Positions 30,301-37,142 of a DNA stretch of 52,819 nucleotides are shown here, in pieces (the first letter of the stretch is position 1; the number at the start of each line of letters is the position of its first letter). The DNA lies in the IMG/VR virus record IMGVR_UViG_3300024520_000098, positions 1 to 52,819 of that record; one strand, given 5' to 3'. The position numbers and the translations under genes are program-made. The stretch comes from a virus (lineage: Duplodnaviria > Caudoviricetes). The notes beneath the pieces were generated by a model. It saw nothing but the letters and a program-made list of their open reading frames with translations, did no database searches and was not told the DNA's origin.

Positions 30301-32167
30301 CAAGCAGCAGTTGGCTGAAGGGGTGCCTCTTAATGAGATTGTCGATGACCTCATTGCGAAGGGGGTAAGCGCTGAGCTTATCTCTCCTGACATCGTTCAG
30401 GGGTTTGCCGCAAAGCAGTGGTACGTGCCCTCCTCTGTGGCTGAGTACCTTCGCTACATGAATAAGCCAGACAAGTTCTTGGGGATGTCTGCTGACCATA
30501 AGTTTGTTCAAGTCTTCGACGGAATCCAGTCTTGGATGAAGATGATGGCAACCATCGCGGCTCATGCCCACCTTGGTCGCAACTGGATTGGAAACGTCAT
30601 CTCTCCGATTCAGGAGATGGGCCTTGGGGCCTTGGACCCAGAGTCTCAGTTTGCCGCCATAATGATATGGGGATCGTGGAGCGATAAGCATTTAGGCAAG
30701 ACGCTTGAGTTTGCTGGCAGGAAGATGACCATCAAGGAGTGGCGTGAGTTCTGGCAGGTGCGTGGTGTTTACGACTCTCCCGTTTCTTCCGAGTTCATCA
30801 AGGAGACGATGGGGGTCCAGGGCCTTCAGGAGGTTCCCACCATAGAGAGGCTTGCTAAGCAGCTTGGTGGTACTGGAGCGGGAGCGGCTCTTGGGGGGGT
30901 TGTGGCTGGCCCAGCGGGGGCCTTTATAGGGGGCCTTGCTGGAGCCTTCATCACGGCTAAGCCCTTTAGAAACAGGGCATGGACTAGCTTTGTCGATGAC
31001 ATTGGCAGCGCTGTTGAGGCTGGCCCAAAGAGGGCTATACCTGCTATCGGTCAACATGTTTCTGGCGTAGGCACTGGCGCTGTCATTGGGTCTGCGATTG
31101 CTCCTGGGGTTGGCACTGCAATTGGCGCTGCAATTGGTGGGCTATCCTTCCCTGATTACATCAAGATGATGTCGGGTCTTAACCAATCCATTGAAGCTCA
31201 GGCTCGCGTAAGCATGGCTATGGCGCTTTTGAAGAAGGGTGAAACTCCCGATGCTGCTCTTGCTGCGGTTAACAGGGCGCTGAGAAACTATTCAGACCTA
31301 AACCCTTGGGAGCGTAGCGTTATGCGCCGGGTGTTCTTCTTCTACACATGGGACGCTGGCAACATCAGGTTCCAACTTCGTCAGCTTCGCCGGAAGCCGA
31401 GAGAAGCAAAGGTCGTAGCGTCCTTTGGCAACGGTGTTTACAAGGGGCAGTTCTCTGAGGAGGAGATCAATGCGCTTCCAGAGCACCTGCGGTGGAGGGT
31501 TATCTTCAGGACTGGAGCTACCAAGCTAATATCCCTCTCTGGTCTTCCTCATGAGCCAGCTATTGAAATACTTAGTCGTGGAAAGCACGGAATCCCAACA
31601 GGTCTTGTCTCTAGGATTAGGCCAGACGTGCTTACCTTCATTGAGTGGGCTTTCGGTGGCGGCAAGAGCACCTACTACGGGAAGCAGTGGGAGCAGATAA
31701 ACAATGTTCGTTCTCTGAAGAACGCCCCTCCCCTTCTTAAAGCAATGGTTGGTTTCCCGGAGGACGGGGAGACGCTTCGCGTTCCTATCTATAAGAACGG
31801 AAAAAAGACTGGGAAATACAGGACAGAATATAGGGCCAAAAACCCAAGGCTTATGTACTTAATGCAAAGGGTTCCTGGCTACCGAGTCATAAACGAGTAC
31901 AACAAAATTGTTACTGACACGTTTCAAAGCTTTGCAATGGACCAGGGTGACGATACTCTTGCGGCCACTGGCTCAGAGAGGTTCTGGGCATTTGCCTTTG
32001 GGCAGAAGCCGACAACGATTGACTGGGACGGTCAGATTCAATACATGGCATACCAACTTGAACAGCGTCTTCTGGACATAGTTGACAACGAGAACTCAAG
32101 AGCGGTTAAGGAAATAAAGGCTCTTAGTCCCACATGGACAGGACCAGCAGAACCAGTGGCCCAATAA
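21374..32167 (+). CDS. Giant (3597 aa) polyvalent internal virion/ejection protein with zincin-like metallopeptidase domain
   Basis: TLVHEMGH...EEIFARGFE; FYSQL...HIEEIQSD domain; coiled coils; glycine zippers; C-term YSDL..WER..RRVFFFYTW; no Cys found. Confidence 0.85.
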   Translation: MAEEDFSWLYDKPTPTPPPAVPVAQARAEAMEEAIPEEDFSWLYGDEAPVDAVPVDAVPEEEPQEAVAGPPSDEGGEDFSWLYGDTAGPPIQAPPAEEDFEAPPDPSPFPAQPLSDSELDRAFGLSADAGLSMEGIIPGFSAGATAAESLLPENLPEEVPSTISGDRKGRLKGDDLRREWAKMQYIYKKSITPDRRLEAVGEFVHKWRPELAERAGWSPDGYQEPEGLFGLFDWIDKLGPRPVRALARSLRELEVQRAAAEISGTEPPSFDDALKAISRKYEEDKGYPEHGESLLRDALLYFGGSDDPEEILSQEAAKNRGESWADKALDSSAEELTRFGYEIAKHPIISGALGGAAGLSGFGLFGPIAAAAGGIAGGIGGAYFGAGVDSDVYDTAKEEAVAAGSEGGHFAQGLIALMLFDPLNFISLGKFRGATDSAKDLIEKGMGVTRKGDEAVSAEAISYQRAGRQQFVQELLEEAPESVEAATIGRLSNQLDRAEEALDSATRSVRLREGLSESAAARGADDLDVFDDVRSASQENAVVAQEAFDSIRQQFDNAVESFTGDLPAVARTADQAQLIAKSDLQRAAVAAFNIGAELRGSFAPALLAKLREKAVLLGVGTDEAQKAWQAGLRAADDQRLILVGFEDVAGTAIGTMKAKPILKDVGAARVYEMAKRGELGVDARVAAERPQYNALEKIIDKRSGKSFKELSDELTDVSYRPKEGVGRFVDPTYLIRKTLESTKGAGELQAIRGEAQNIKRLLRDPKVKGAARSGLKKRLKDLQEMSKQASSKKGLSREFKLLQEERLVTDLNPISMTITRKILDMAPWLDPPRQFLQTIGRGTLSRTGQRPQFYTKTGPEGKRVLRDKNEMVYPPAHYHVELLEQARHRARSLGKVMWPSVRAKILTITEDEEVLRVAREFVELGYAAPLKGVKGAEQLVAAITIRELNRVLNRITQEGTQGTARGDGYQMLNEEETKRAINAIDTLASTHPEMDTSNLRAAIEEYGETTAGILRERENEALWAPGSDLDNARRDRLNETRLELAVFEGAYNNIVTEKFLMGAELEAAERAERLRPELERLQSEVHRINELLGSKEVTSEQAMDDLIETLLREAEDMPGVNLNRDELIPIAIPRSPEYLEAAKGLESEALVAHKVVLRDQIIEMFDETAANTVMDVMDRWAQIAYEQGKVTRKDEWYQQVTGIHDVKTAFSEAMGPGMLFHEYEAAPIFYSQLYRSLEKVGVPEKVSLNTLVDNLVSSGVSQSTIDELDLTGWVQRKLDDIGESFDESYRGPPEKQAGIKERSLEKATVRPIDIKNYIESTGHESGDILNRLVGGDVSLKDLSKIVKSLGVEVKNTGLAELLVGEIKLRLGRKQLDDFEDLIANSKYGLSDALKSPLVQDIKFTREELLSWVNTFRTQIGDDVRGYFSDKGDLSRRLDPTEDLVPWNDLAEDVLGRPLFGDDFIGGHSPRLDEYMEAHPVQRHEELLDPTTRIPEEDFRVTDGDAYLFTIENLTADPATGRLRAEIEFTAETPYGAQEFVIERGIDPEDFGVSEELFRSYSKHYDESGKRTDESLMGAEKRDVAFPETDPFDIGLNLNTPGQEKYTEWLLINKGESAEGVTSSGSVAHFGDTKDIITHVRFGVRKGPDGKQWMHIEEIQSDLAQGLNKAKRGDAATKLTEDLYGLGDSGRTVSGEKALWERLAFDRGVEAADEIAAIAEDTISWLNEAKAALGSAAFKRIVDELPEEALWSEFNGYDPRTMSAGNLDGLALEDFGKLVDALVSSKGGIGETANTGRQAGISADTKLPYEKGWIDLAIKRLVAFAVDGADEPIHGISWTTGDVQDTRYMGLAKDALIGQYDTAMPARFRSLYGKDTGGIELKDFSFKTSDTVVDDLDDAGDVNQSLSRFLDELGERDTGSLALDFGSGVIWYIYKSLGKEGRKRYGVAEIETTAFKEFGADIRETRQALLDSKLAKIPVKDIDFGSEVHGFEITPKLKEHVRKGQALHHLKDKVVRGAMKLEEEGRVSIHAFESATVGTLVHEMGHVLRRNLQEGELKTVKDWLVGESSRLSKLPREELSKDIAHLFEAEGVVRVVDNKGNFTREGEEIFARGFERYLMGDPPRGASDDVLKLFEKMKKWLTDIYKAVTGNDVEVSQEIRQVFDRYIAGGEQPKVAAKENWQIKRVDVGAKPGQTLEEALELHRGQVEAAINRGDDVPAEVLMDYEDLLLDIANKAINRGKGATKDAGKRLNKAAKEMGKIADEGVEAPEPKRQRTRYDGLTPEEAFELYQKNVSSLEASFFAKREKIKDKRKQEILSRQFLDERVKLDDEYDLAKEVVDKGAARGRRKRAGNLDIARENVRKALSVIRRASKDKKFSTAAKQLEAVKALKAGEELAVKAGSRERHLLEALKSKYEDQTGELLQTIDSSRVEARSNARRAAYMLTRGVLRGEQTVAPGQGRAQLEQAIDLVLSQFGRGADPLDVLQKGVTKGLVQRATMALPERIIAVEKRISDLEIKIDEKATKGLKRQLANQKRKLATLREQAQPIKDQIVVGQEDQVTGLGRAVKELRAQEKATNRVLGGVEPTVKAVTDQLSDIEGSLDRLAKFAESMDYDFRLPADIRREIYSAKQSYLNNIEAHRINYDGAMQAFREAETGRAMLNMTNDEMTRVKRLVKDPNLHDLTAGKEKLLKKARAETTRLSASIARLKDSGKDTSKQEAALNSARRRVDILEDEGMTKEVIEAAKLIKNFFDDWLEKLKENGVLDKGFDEEAFFDRVDIAGYIPHVTTVTTRRKIEALRGKGMLPRRGEPGFAKKRKIAGTIDEINAQARTSVAESIAYHLASTHQFGDEAVEASKLAGDQLKEVLKKNGIEWTKLIDEIKSDAGLDDIFEFFETDPMVLMERYNDSASQLVADNKFIEDILELFPLGRELGDMYGEFADARALSLGYERLSSVEQLQVVMGKKLPPQLRNFESLIKQQLAEGVPLNEIVDDLIAKGVSAELISPDIVQGFAAKQWYVPSSVAEYLRYMNKPDKFLGMSADHKFVQVFDGIQSWMKMMATIAAHAHLGRNWIGNVISPIQEMGLGALDPESQFAAIMIWGSWSDKHLGKTLEFAGRKMTIKEWREFWQVRGVYDSPVSSEFIKETMGVQGLQEVPTIERLAKQLGGTGAGAALGGVVAGPAGAFIGGLAGAFITAKPFRNRAWTSFVDDIGSAVEAGPKRAIPAIGQHVSGVGTGAVIGSAIAPGVGTAIGAAIGGLSFPDYIKMMSGLNQSIEAQARVSMAMALLKKGETPDAALAAVNRALRNYSDLNPWERSVMRRVFFFYTWDAGNIRFQLRQLRRKPREAKVVASFGNGVYKGQFSEEEINALPEHLRWRVIFRTGATKLISLSGLPHEPAIEILSRGKHGIPTGLVSRIRPDVLTFIEWAFGGGKSTYYGKQWEQINNVRSLKNAPPLLKAMVGFPEDGETLRVPIYKNGKKTGKYRTEYRAKNPRLMYLMQRVPGYRVINEYNKIVTDTFQSFAMDQGDDTLAATGSERFWAFAFGQKPTTIDWDGQIQYMAYQLEQRLLDIVDNENSRAVKEIKALSPTWTGPAEPVAQ
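21380..21627 (+). repeat. Three EDFSWLY peptide repeats at the N-terminus of the giant protein
   Basis: Degenerate DNA copies near 21380, 21482 and 21601. Confidence 0.85.
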
Positions 32168-32212
32168 TAATTACTTTGATAACTTCTTTTTAACAAAGTC
32201 GTAGGAGCGACA

Positions 32213-32635
32213 ATGCCTTATTACAACAGAGTATCCGACCTAGTTTTAACTGGTCACAACTTCGACACCGGAGCGGGGGGAGTTAACCCAACCGTCCTTT
32301 CTGGGCTGAACCTTGGGGTTGCGACTAAGCCACTACAAAGCGGCAGGTTGTGCGGGTTAGCCGTTACGCTTCAGGACAACACCAATAATAGCGGTGGTGA
32401 CTACGTGGTTGAGATCTACACAGAGAACTCAGGCACTCTTACTGCGGGGACTACGGTGGCGAACGTATACACAGCGACCTTTTCGTTCGCTGATGAGGAA
32501 GAGACAATCGTTGATACCCTGAGTCAACCGATACCGTTCCTTGAGCAGCCGTTCGTTCGGGTTTCGCAGACATCTGCTGTACAAATATCCAACACGCTGA
32601 ACATCAAGTTCTTTGTGGAAGCAACTGATAACTAG
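32213..32635 (+). CDS. Structural/hypothetical beta-rich protein
   Basis: AGGAG RBS; T/N/V-rich. Confidence 0.7.
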   Translation: MPYYNRVSDLVLTGHNFDTGAGGVNPTVLSGLNLGVATKPLQSGRLCGLAVTLQDNTNNSGGDYVVEIYTENSGTLTAGTTVANVYTATFSFADEEETIVDTLSQPIPFLEQPFVRVSQTSAVQISNTLNIKFFVEATDN

Positions 32636-32643
32636 GGGGCGTT

Positions 32644-33456
32644 ATGAGCGTTCAACGCTCCAATCCTAGAGTAGAGTCGCCCACTAACGCCAACGGTGTC
32701 CTTCGTGACAACCCAAGGCTTTCGTTTGATCCACGAAACATGCAGACCCCACTGGCTGTTTGGGTTCGCTCCGATCTAAGCACCACCATGAACGGCTCGA
32801 CTGTTTCGGGCTGGGCCGACATGAGCGGAGAGGGCAACAACTTCGCGCAAGCCACTGCTTCGCTCCAGCCAGCACTTACAGCCAATGGCATTGGCGGTCG
32901 TCCAGGCATTTCCTTTGATGGAACGTCTGACCAGATTAACGGTCCCAGCTTTTACGGCCTGCTCAGCGATCCCGCAGACTGGACGATCTTCGCGGCGGTA
33001 GGTAGCGGATGGACGTGGGGTCCAAGCATTTACGCCTATTATGGTCGCGGCGTGGTCGGAGCCCCAGTAGGCCTTGGCAGTTGGTTTTATGCCAGTGTCA
33101 CCTCCGAGGCGGGCCCCGGCTTCGGTGTCGGGTACTGGGACAACCCTGCCTTGACTCACCGAATAGGCTACGAAGACTCCGCATCCGAAGGGGAAAATGT
33201 GGTCCTCTCTTTCGTGAGCGACTCCAGCAACTTGACGACGAGCGTGAACGGATCGGCGGGCTCCACAACAGCCGGTGGTGGTCCTGGGGTAGGCTCATCC
33301 GCTACGACTCTCCAGATTGGCAAAGGAAACGGCAACCTCCTTTATTGGGACGGGTCGATCTCTGAGGTGTTGATCTTCGATGGCACCCTGAGCGGCGACG
33401 AGATCAAGCAGGTCGAGCAGTACCTTGGCGACCGTTACAACATCGGGGTGCGATGA
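32644..33456 (+). CDS. LamG/concanavalin A-like domain protein (putative receptor-binding/virion appendage)
   Basis: W.RSD..GSTVSGWADMSGEGNN, FDG..D, IG..WDGSISEVLIFD..LS..EI.QVEQYL..RY. Confidence 0.8.
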   Translation: MSVQRSNPRVESPTNANGVLRDNPRLSFDPRNMQTPLAVWVRSDLSTTMNGSTVSGWADMSGEGNNFAQATASLQPALTANGIGGRPGISFDGTSDQINGPSFYGLLSDPADWTIFAAVGSGWTWGPSIYAYYGRGVVGAPVGLGSWFYASVTSEAGPGFGVGYWDNPALTHRIGYEDSASEGENVVLSFVSDSSNLTTSVNGSAGSTTAGGGPGVGSSATTLQIGKGNGNLLYWDGSISEVLIFDGTLSGDEIKQVEQYLGDRYNIGVR

Positions 33457-33746
33457 TGAAGTGGTTAGTCCTAGAGACACTGGGAGCCGCTGAGAGTCGC
33501 GCAGACGACCTGACTGAGGCTATGGGGTATCCGCACCCACTCACCGACACAGAGCGCGCCTCGCTCCCTATAGAGCATCCTACTAACGACAAGGGCGCGG
33601 TTCCTATAGGCCCGAGCGTCTGGTCCTGGGTTGCTGGCAGTCTTATCGACATGGCTTCTTTGTTGACATCGACTGAGCAGGCTGCTTTGTATGACCGCGC
33701 AGAGATGGACTCTGCCGGATGGTTTCCGTTAGTTCCAATGGAATAG
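33453..33746 (+). CDS. Hypothetical protein, possible chaperone of the LamG protein
   Basis: Coupled by ATGA overlap. Confidence 0.65.
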   Translation: MMKWLVLETLGAAESRADDLTEAMGYPHPLTDTERASLPIEHPTNDKGAVPIGPSVWSWVAGSLIDMASLLTSTEQAALYDRAEMDSAGWFPLVPME

Positions 33747-33748
33747 TT

Positions 33749-33937
33749 ATGGACCTCTTCATACAGTCTTGGCCTGTCCTTTTATCTGGTGCGTCCCTTG
33801 TCGTTGGCGGCTCCCTGTGGGCTGGCAAGGTCTTCTTCATGCTGCAAGGCATCGAGGCGAAGATCGACTGCATGTCTCAGAACATTGCTACGCACGAGCA
33901 TGACCCAGAGGGTCGTGTTGTTATCCCAGCGAGGTAG
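33749..33937 (+). CDS. Small membrane protein (holin-like)
   Basis: One hydrophobic segment; immediately upstream of the endolysin. Confidence 0.5.
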   Translation: MDLFIQSWPVLLSGASLVVGGSLWAGKVFFMLQGIEAKIDCMSQNIATHEHDPEGRVVIPAR

Positions 33938-33939
33938 TT

Positions 33940-34347
33940 ATGCCTTCCTTCAGTAAGAGCAGCAAGGATCGCCTTGCTACATGCCATCCAGACCTCCAGA
34001 AACTGATGAACGAGGTGATAAAGCACATCGACATCAGCATTCTTGGAGGGCACCGCAGCGTGGAAGAACAGGCGGAGATTTTCCGGAGAGGGATGTCTAA
34101 GCTCAGTGGTGCTCCGGGGCAACTGAGCAAACACAACCACTCTCCAAGCCTTGCTGTGGACTTCAGCCCCTATCCAATTGACTGGCAATCACGCGAGCGC
34201 TTCATTGCCGCCTCGTACTTTGCTAAGGGCATCGCGACTCAAATGGGAATCAAGGTAAGGCTCGGATGTGATTGGAACGCGGACCTCGTATTCTCAGAGG
34301 GCTTCTTTGATGGGCCCCATCTGGAACTGGTGATTGATGATGGCTGA
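33940..34347 (+). CDS. Endolysin, peptidase M15 (L-Ala-D-Glu peptidase type)
   Basis: FSKSSKDRLATCHPDL, GHRS.EEQ, SKH..SLAVD, GCDW, DGPHLEL. Confidence 0.9.
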   Translation: MPSFSKSSKDRLATCHPDLQKLMNEVIKHIDISILGGHRSVEEQAEIFRRGMSKLSGAPGQLSKHNHSPSLAVDFSPYPIDWQSRERFIAASYFAKGIATQMGIKVRLGCDWNADLVFSEGFFDGPHLELVIDDG

Positions 34348-34519
34348 AAAGACTAAGAACATCCTTATCCTCATTGCTGTTGCTGCCCTGTTTGTGTCGA
34401 TGATAGTGGTGCAGTGGAGCCCACCCTCTTCTCCATTGTTGGATGACGACGACAGCGCCTCTTCTGGTGATGACGATTCTTCTGGTGATGACGATTCAGC
34501 GGAGGGAGCCAGTGAGTGA
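34334..34519 (+). CDS. Small membrane-anchored protein with acidic GDDDS repeats
   Basis: TM segment then DDDDSASSGDDDSSGDDDSA. Confidence 0.65.
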   Translation: MMMAEKTKNILILIAVAALFVSMIVVQWSPPSSPLLDDDDSASSGDDDSSGDDDSAEGASE

Positions 34520-34944
34520 CCGACGACCTGCCACAGTGGTCAACCACGAAGACCATCGCGACCGTCAAGGAAGCGATGATGGAGGGGTTGGCAGAAAGGG
34601 ACGCCACGGAGGTTCAGGAGGCGAAGCTGCCTCTGAAGGTGGTAGTCGGTCTGTGCGTTTTTTTAATAACTCAGGCGCTTACGGTAGCTGGGCTTTATCA
34701 CGATATTCGGTCAGACGTTCGGAGTCTCCGGGAGGCTCAGAGTGACCTTGAGTCCCTGGCTGCGGAGTCTGACCTTGACGCGGTGCGTGTTCGCATCGAC
34801 TCGGTGCATTCGATGGTGACGGAGCTAGAGTCTGACATGAGGCAACCGCCTACCAACCTTGACCACCTTCGCGTGATTGGTGAAATCAAGGCTGACATGA
34901 GGCTCATCGAGCAGCGAGTGAAGTGGCTGGAGAATAGGCTGTGA
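34516..34944 (+). CDS. Membrane-anchored coiled-coil protein
   Basis: One TM helix plus heptad-like C-term; in lysis region. Confidence 0.65.
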   Translation: MTDDLPQWSTTKTIATVKEAMMEGLAERDATEVQEAKLPLKVVVGLCVFLITQALTVAGLYHDIRSDVRSLREAQSDLESLAAESDLDAVRVRIDSVHSMVTELESDMRQPPTNLDHLRVIGEIKADMRLIEQRVKWLENRL

Positions 34945-34986
34945 GCGGACACATAGTGCTGGCCCTGGCAACGCAGGGGGCGCTCA

Positions 34987-36060
34987 ATGTCGTCATTTGA
35001 GGGCTTGCTTCGCCAAAAGACCGCCCTGCCCTCTTATACGCCTGAGGGCGTAAGGCTTGAAGCGCCGCCCATAGACATGAACCAGATCATCGGGGAGTCC
35101 ACTCTCCGTGGAGTCCTGGGCTCGATACCTCTTGCGCCCACCTACGAGGGGCTGCTTGCTGCCACGCAGCCGCAGGGCGAAGGACAGCTTGTGTTCCGTG
35201 GAATCAGGGGCGAGGGCGTGAACCCATTGGCTCACCCCGAAGGCAAGCCAATACCGGTAAGCGATAACCCGTATGTCTCCCACACATACACCACGTCCAA
35301 GCGCCACGCGAAGGCGCGCCCAAGCGCTGTCGGGGCGGGACAAACCTACCCGCTCCGGGTGTTTCCAGATGAGCTTGTTGAGGTTGGCGCAACAGAGGTC
35401 GGGGGGCACCTAAGGCCAGACCCAAGCCCGCCACCGGGAACTGTCTGGACAAGGGGTAACATTACTAACCCAAGGTCTCCCATTTGGCACGATCCCGGCG
35501 GCGTAGACCCAGAGGAGTTCTGGAAAGAAGGCTCTAGGCAATCCCTATGGGGCAAAGGAACAAGGTCGATGACCTCTGGCAAGCCGCTGGGAGACGCGGA
35601 AACGAGGGAACTCTGGAAAGACGCTGCAAGGAGGATTGACGTTTCCCCCAACCCGGAGGGCCTGACCAGCGAAACAAAACAACGCATCCTGAAAGAAATA
35701 CTTAACGACCCTAGATTCGAAGCCCCCCTTGCGTCACGAGTTGGGCTTGGCTTGCGCTCCCTTGGCAAGGGGCTTTTGAAGGGGCTTACCCCGGCAGCGC
35801 TTCTTGAAGGAGCCTTGCTTGCTGGCCCTATTTCCGGACTTGCTGGTGGTGCTGGCTACGCCTATGACGCTCCAGAGTCAGCTGGCCTATTTACTCCACC
35901 TGGCCCTGGCTATGAAAGCGTGCTTTCAACAATGGACATTGAGGAGGTGGCTATGCAAAAGGAGTTGGAGAAGGAGGCCAGCAGGTTGCGGTTGATAGAG
36001 CAGCATCGGGCCTCTGGCTACGACATTCCTGACAACGCAAGGGTATCCTCACTGCGATGA
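34987..36060 (+). CDS. Cys-free protein with possible ADP-ribosyltransferase-like N-terminal domain
   Basis: LVFRG...PVSDNPYVSHTY...TYPL resembles ART core motifs; Gly-rich hydrophobic C-term. Confidence 0.55.
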   Translation: MSSFEGLLRQKTALPSYTPEGVRLEAPPIDMNQIIGESTLRGVLGSIPLAPTYEGLLAATQPQGEGQLVFRGIRGEGVNPLAHPEGKPIPVSDNPYVSHTYTTSKRHAKARPSAVGAGQTYPLRVFPDELVEVGATEVGGHLRPDPSPPPGTVWTRGNITNPRSPIWHDPGGVDPEEFWKEGSRQSLWGKGTRSMTSGKPLGDAETRELWKDAARRIDVSPNPEGLTSETKQRILKEILNDPRFEAPLASRVGLGLRSLGKGLLKGLTPAALLEGALLAGPISGLAGGAGYAYDAPESAGLFTPPGPGYESVLSTMDIEEVAMQKELEKEASRLRLIEQHRASGYDIPDNARVSSLR

Positions 36061-36431
36061 CCACCTCTGACTACATGGACTTAGCTGTTCGAGCAGGCGG
36101 TATTTCACTGGCGACCTATGCGGTTATCGGGCAGGTAGCAAAGCCTGGGATTAGGATGCTGGCGAAGTACCACTCCCACCCAATCGGCAAGCTGACAAAG
36201 GGTCAGGAGGAGTTCTATCGATGGTTAACCCGCACTCTCTGTGTTGTTATCGGCGGCATCATGGGCTACATGCCTCTCTGGCCCGGTTGGTTTGAACCTA
36301 GTTGGGGTCCAATCCTTGGCTGCATCGCCGGTTCTATGTCCCCTGGTATCTACCTTGCCGTTTCTAAAGCCCTACCAAAGAAGCTCCAGAAGCTCATCTC
36401 CGGTGCCTCTGTTTCGGGCAGCAGTAAATGA
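36057..36431 (+). CDS. Holin-like multi-TM membrane protein
   Basis: About 3 hydrophobic segments, basic C-term. Confidence 0.6.
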   Translation: MTTSDYMDLAVRAGGISLATYAVIGQVAKPGIRMLAKYHSHPIGKLTKGQEEFYRWLTRTLCVVIGGIMGYMPLWPGWFEPSWGPILGCIAGSMSPGIYLAVSKALPKKLQKLISGASVSGSSK

Positions 36432-36775
36432 GCACGTATCTGATAGGCATGGCTGTGGCCTTGGTAACAGCCTTGGTTGTTATTGGCGTTGTCGCGGCGA
36501 AGAACGAGGAACTCAGGACGAAGCTTGTGGGGGTAGGTCTGGGAATTGCCGGTGCCCTTGCTGCAATCGTTGCGCTGATGTTGGCTAATTCTGACGCAAA
36601 GAAGGCGCGCAGAGTTATGAACTCTAAGAAGGAAATTAAAGATGCAGTTAAGGATTCTAAAGAGCGGCATGCTGAAGAGGTTAAAGATGTGTCTGCTATT
36701 CAAGACGAAGTGGATGCAATTTCAAACGGATCTTCGGGCTTGGATGCGCTCGCTGCTAGGATGAACGAGAGGTAG
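36428..36775 (+). CDS. Membrane protein with coiled-coil tail (i-spanin-like?)
   Basis: Two TM segments then a charged helix. Confidence 0.6.
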   Translation: MSTYLIGMAVALVTALVVIGVVAAKNEELRTKLVGVGLGIAGALAAIVALMLANSDAKKARRVMNSKKEIKDAVKDSKERHAEEVKDVSAIQDEVDAISNGSSGLDALAARMNER

Positions 36776-36777
36776 TT

Positions 36778-36912
36778 ATGGCTGTCAAAGGAAAGAAGTG
36801 CGTGGTTAAGCGAAAGTCATCCTCAAAGAAGGGTGCTCGCAGACAGCCCGTTAGCAAGATGCGAACGGCAAGGAAGAAGAGTAAGCCCGGTGGGGCGAAA
36901 GGTCCGTACTGA
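36778..36912 (+). CDS. Lys/Arg-rich microprotein (44 aa)
   Basis: GAGG RBS; MAVKGKKCVVKRKSSSKKGARR...; TGATG-coupled to next gene. Confidence 0.65.
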   Translation: MAVKGKKCVVKRKSSSKKGARRQPVSKMRTARKKSKPGGAKGPY

Positions 36913-37142
36913 TGAAATCACATCGCCCAGACGAAGCGAAGAAGCACATGAAGGAAGAGGGCCATAAAGACCGGGAGAATGCGCACCATTCTGGAGTAAA
37001 GATCGTCATCAATGTGGGCGGTCCTCCGATGCCGATGGCTCTGCCTATTGGAAAGCCGCCGAGGAAGCTGCTTAAGAAGAGGCTGAAGAAGCTTAGTGCT
37101 AAGGGACCGATGGAAGCTGCTCTTAGCGAGGCCTGCTGCTAA
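36912..37142 (+). CDS. Small basic protein
   Basis: Coupled at both ends (TGATG, TAATG). Confidence 0.65.
   Translation: MKSHRPDEAKKHMKEEGHKDRENAHHSGVKIVINVGGPPMPMALPIGKPPRKLLKKRLKKLSAKGPMEAALSEACC

Noticed and set aside
21374-32167. Giant protein as an N4- or crAss-like virion RNA polymerase (similar size, Cys-free)
   Set aside because: I found no T7-type RxxxKxxxMxxxYG/DxxGR or double-barrel DxDxD catalytic motifs, and early genes have strong host sigma70 promoters. Structure prediction would be needed to exclude it fully.
34942-34986. Hammerhead ribozyme
   Set aside because: Three-stem shape but lacks the CUGANGA and GAAA core.
8939-35768. Numerous antisense and out-of-frame ORFs in the track (e.g. 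10020..10694, 29908..30393)
   Set aside because: Shadows of long well-supported + strand genes, with no RBS or recognisable motifs.
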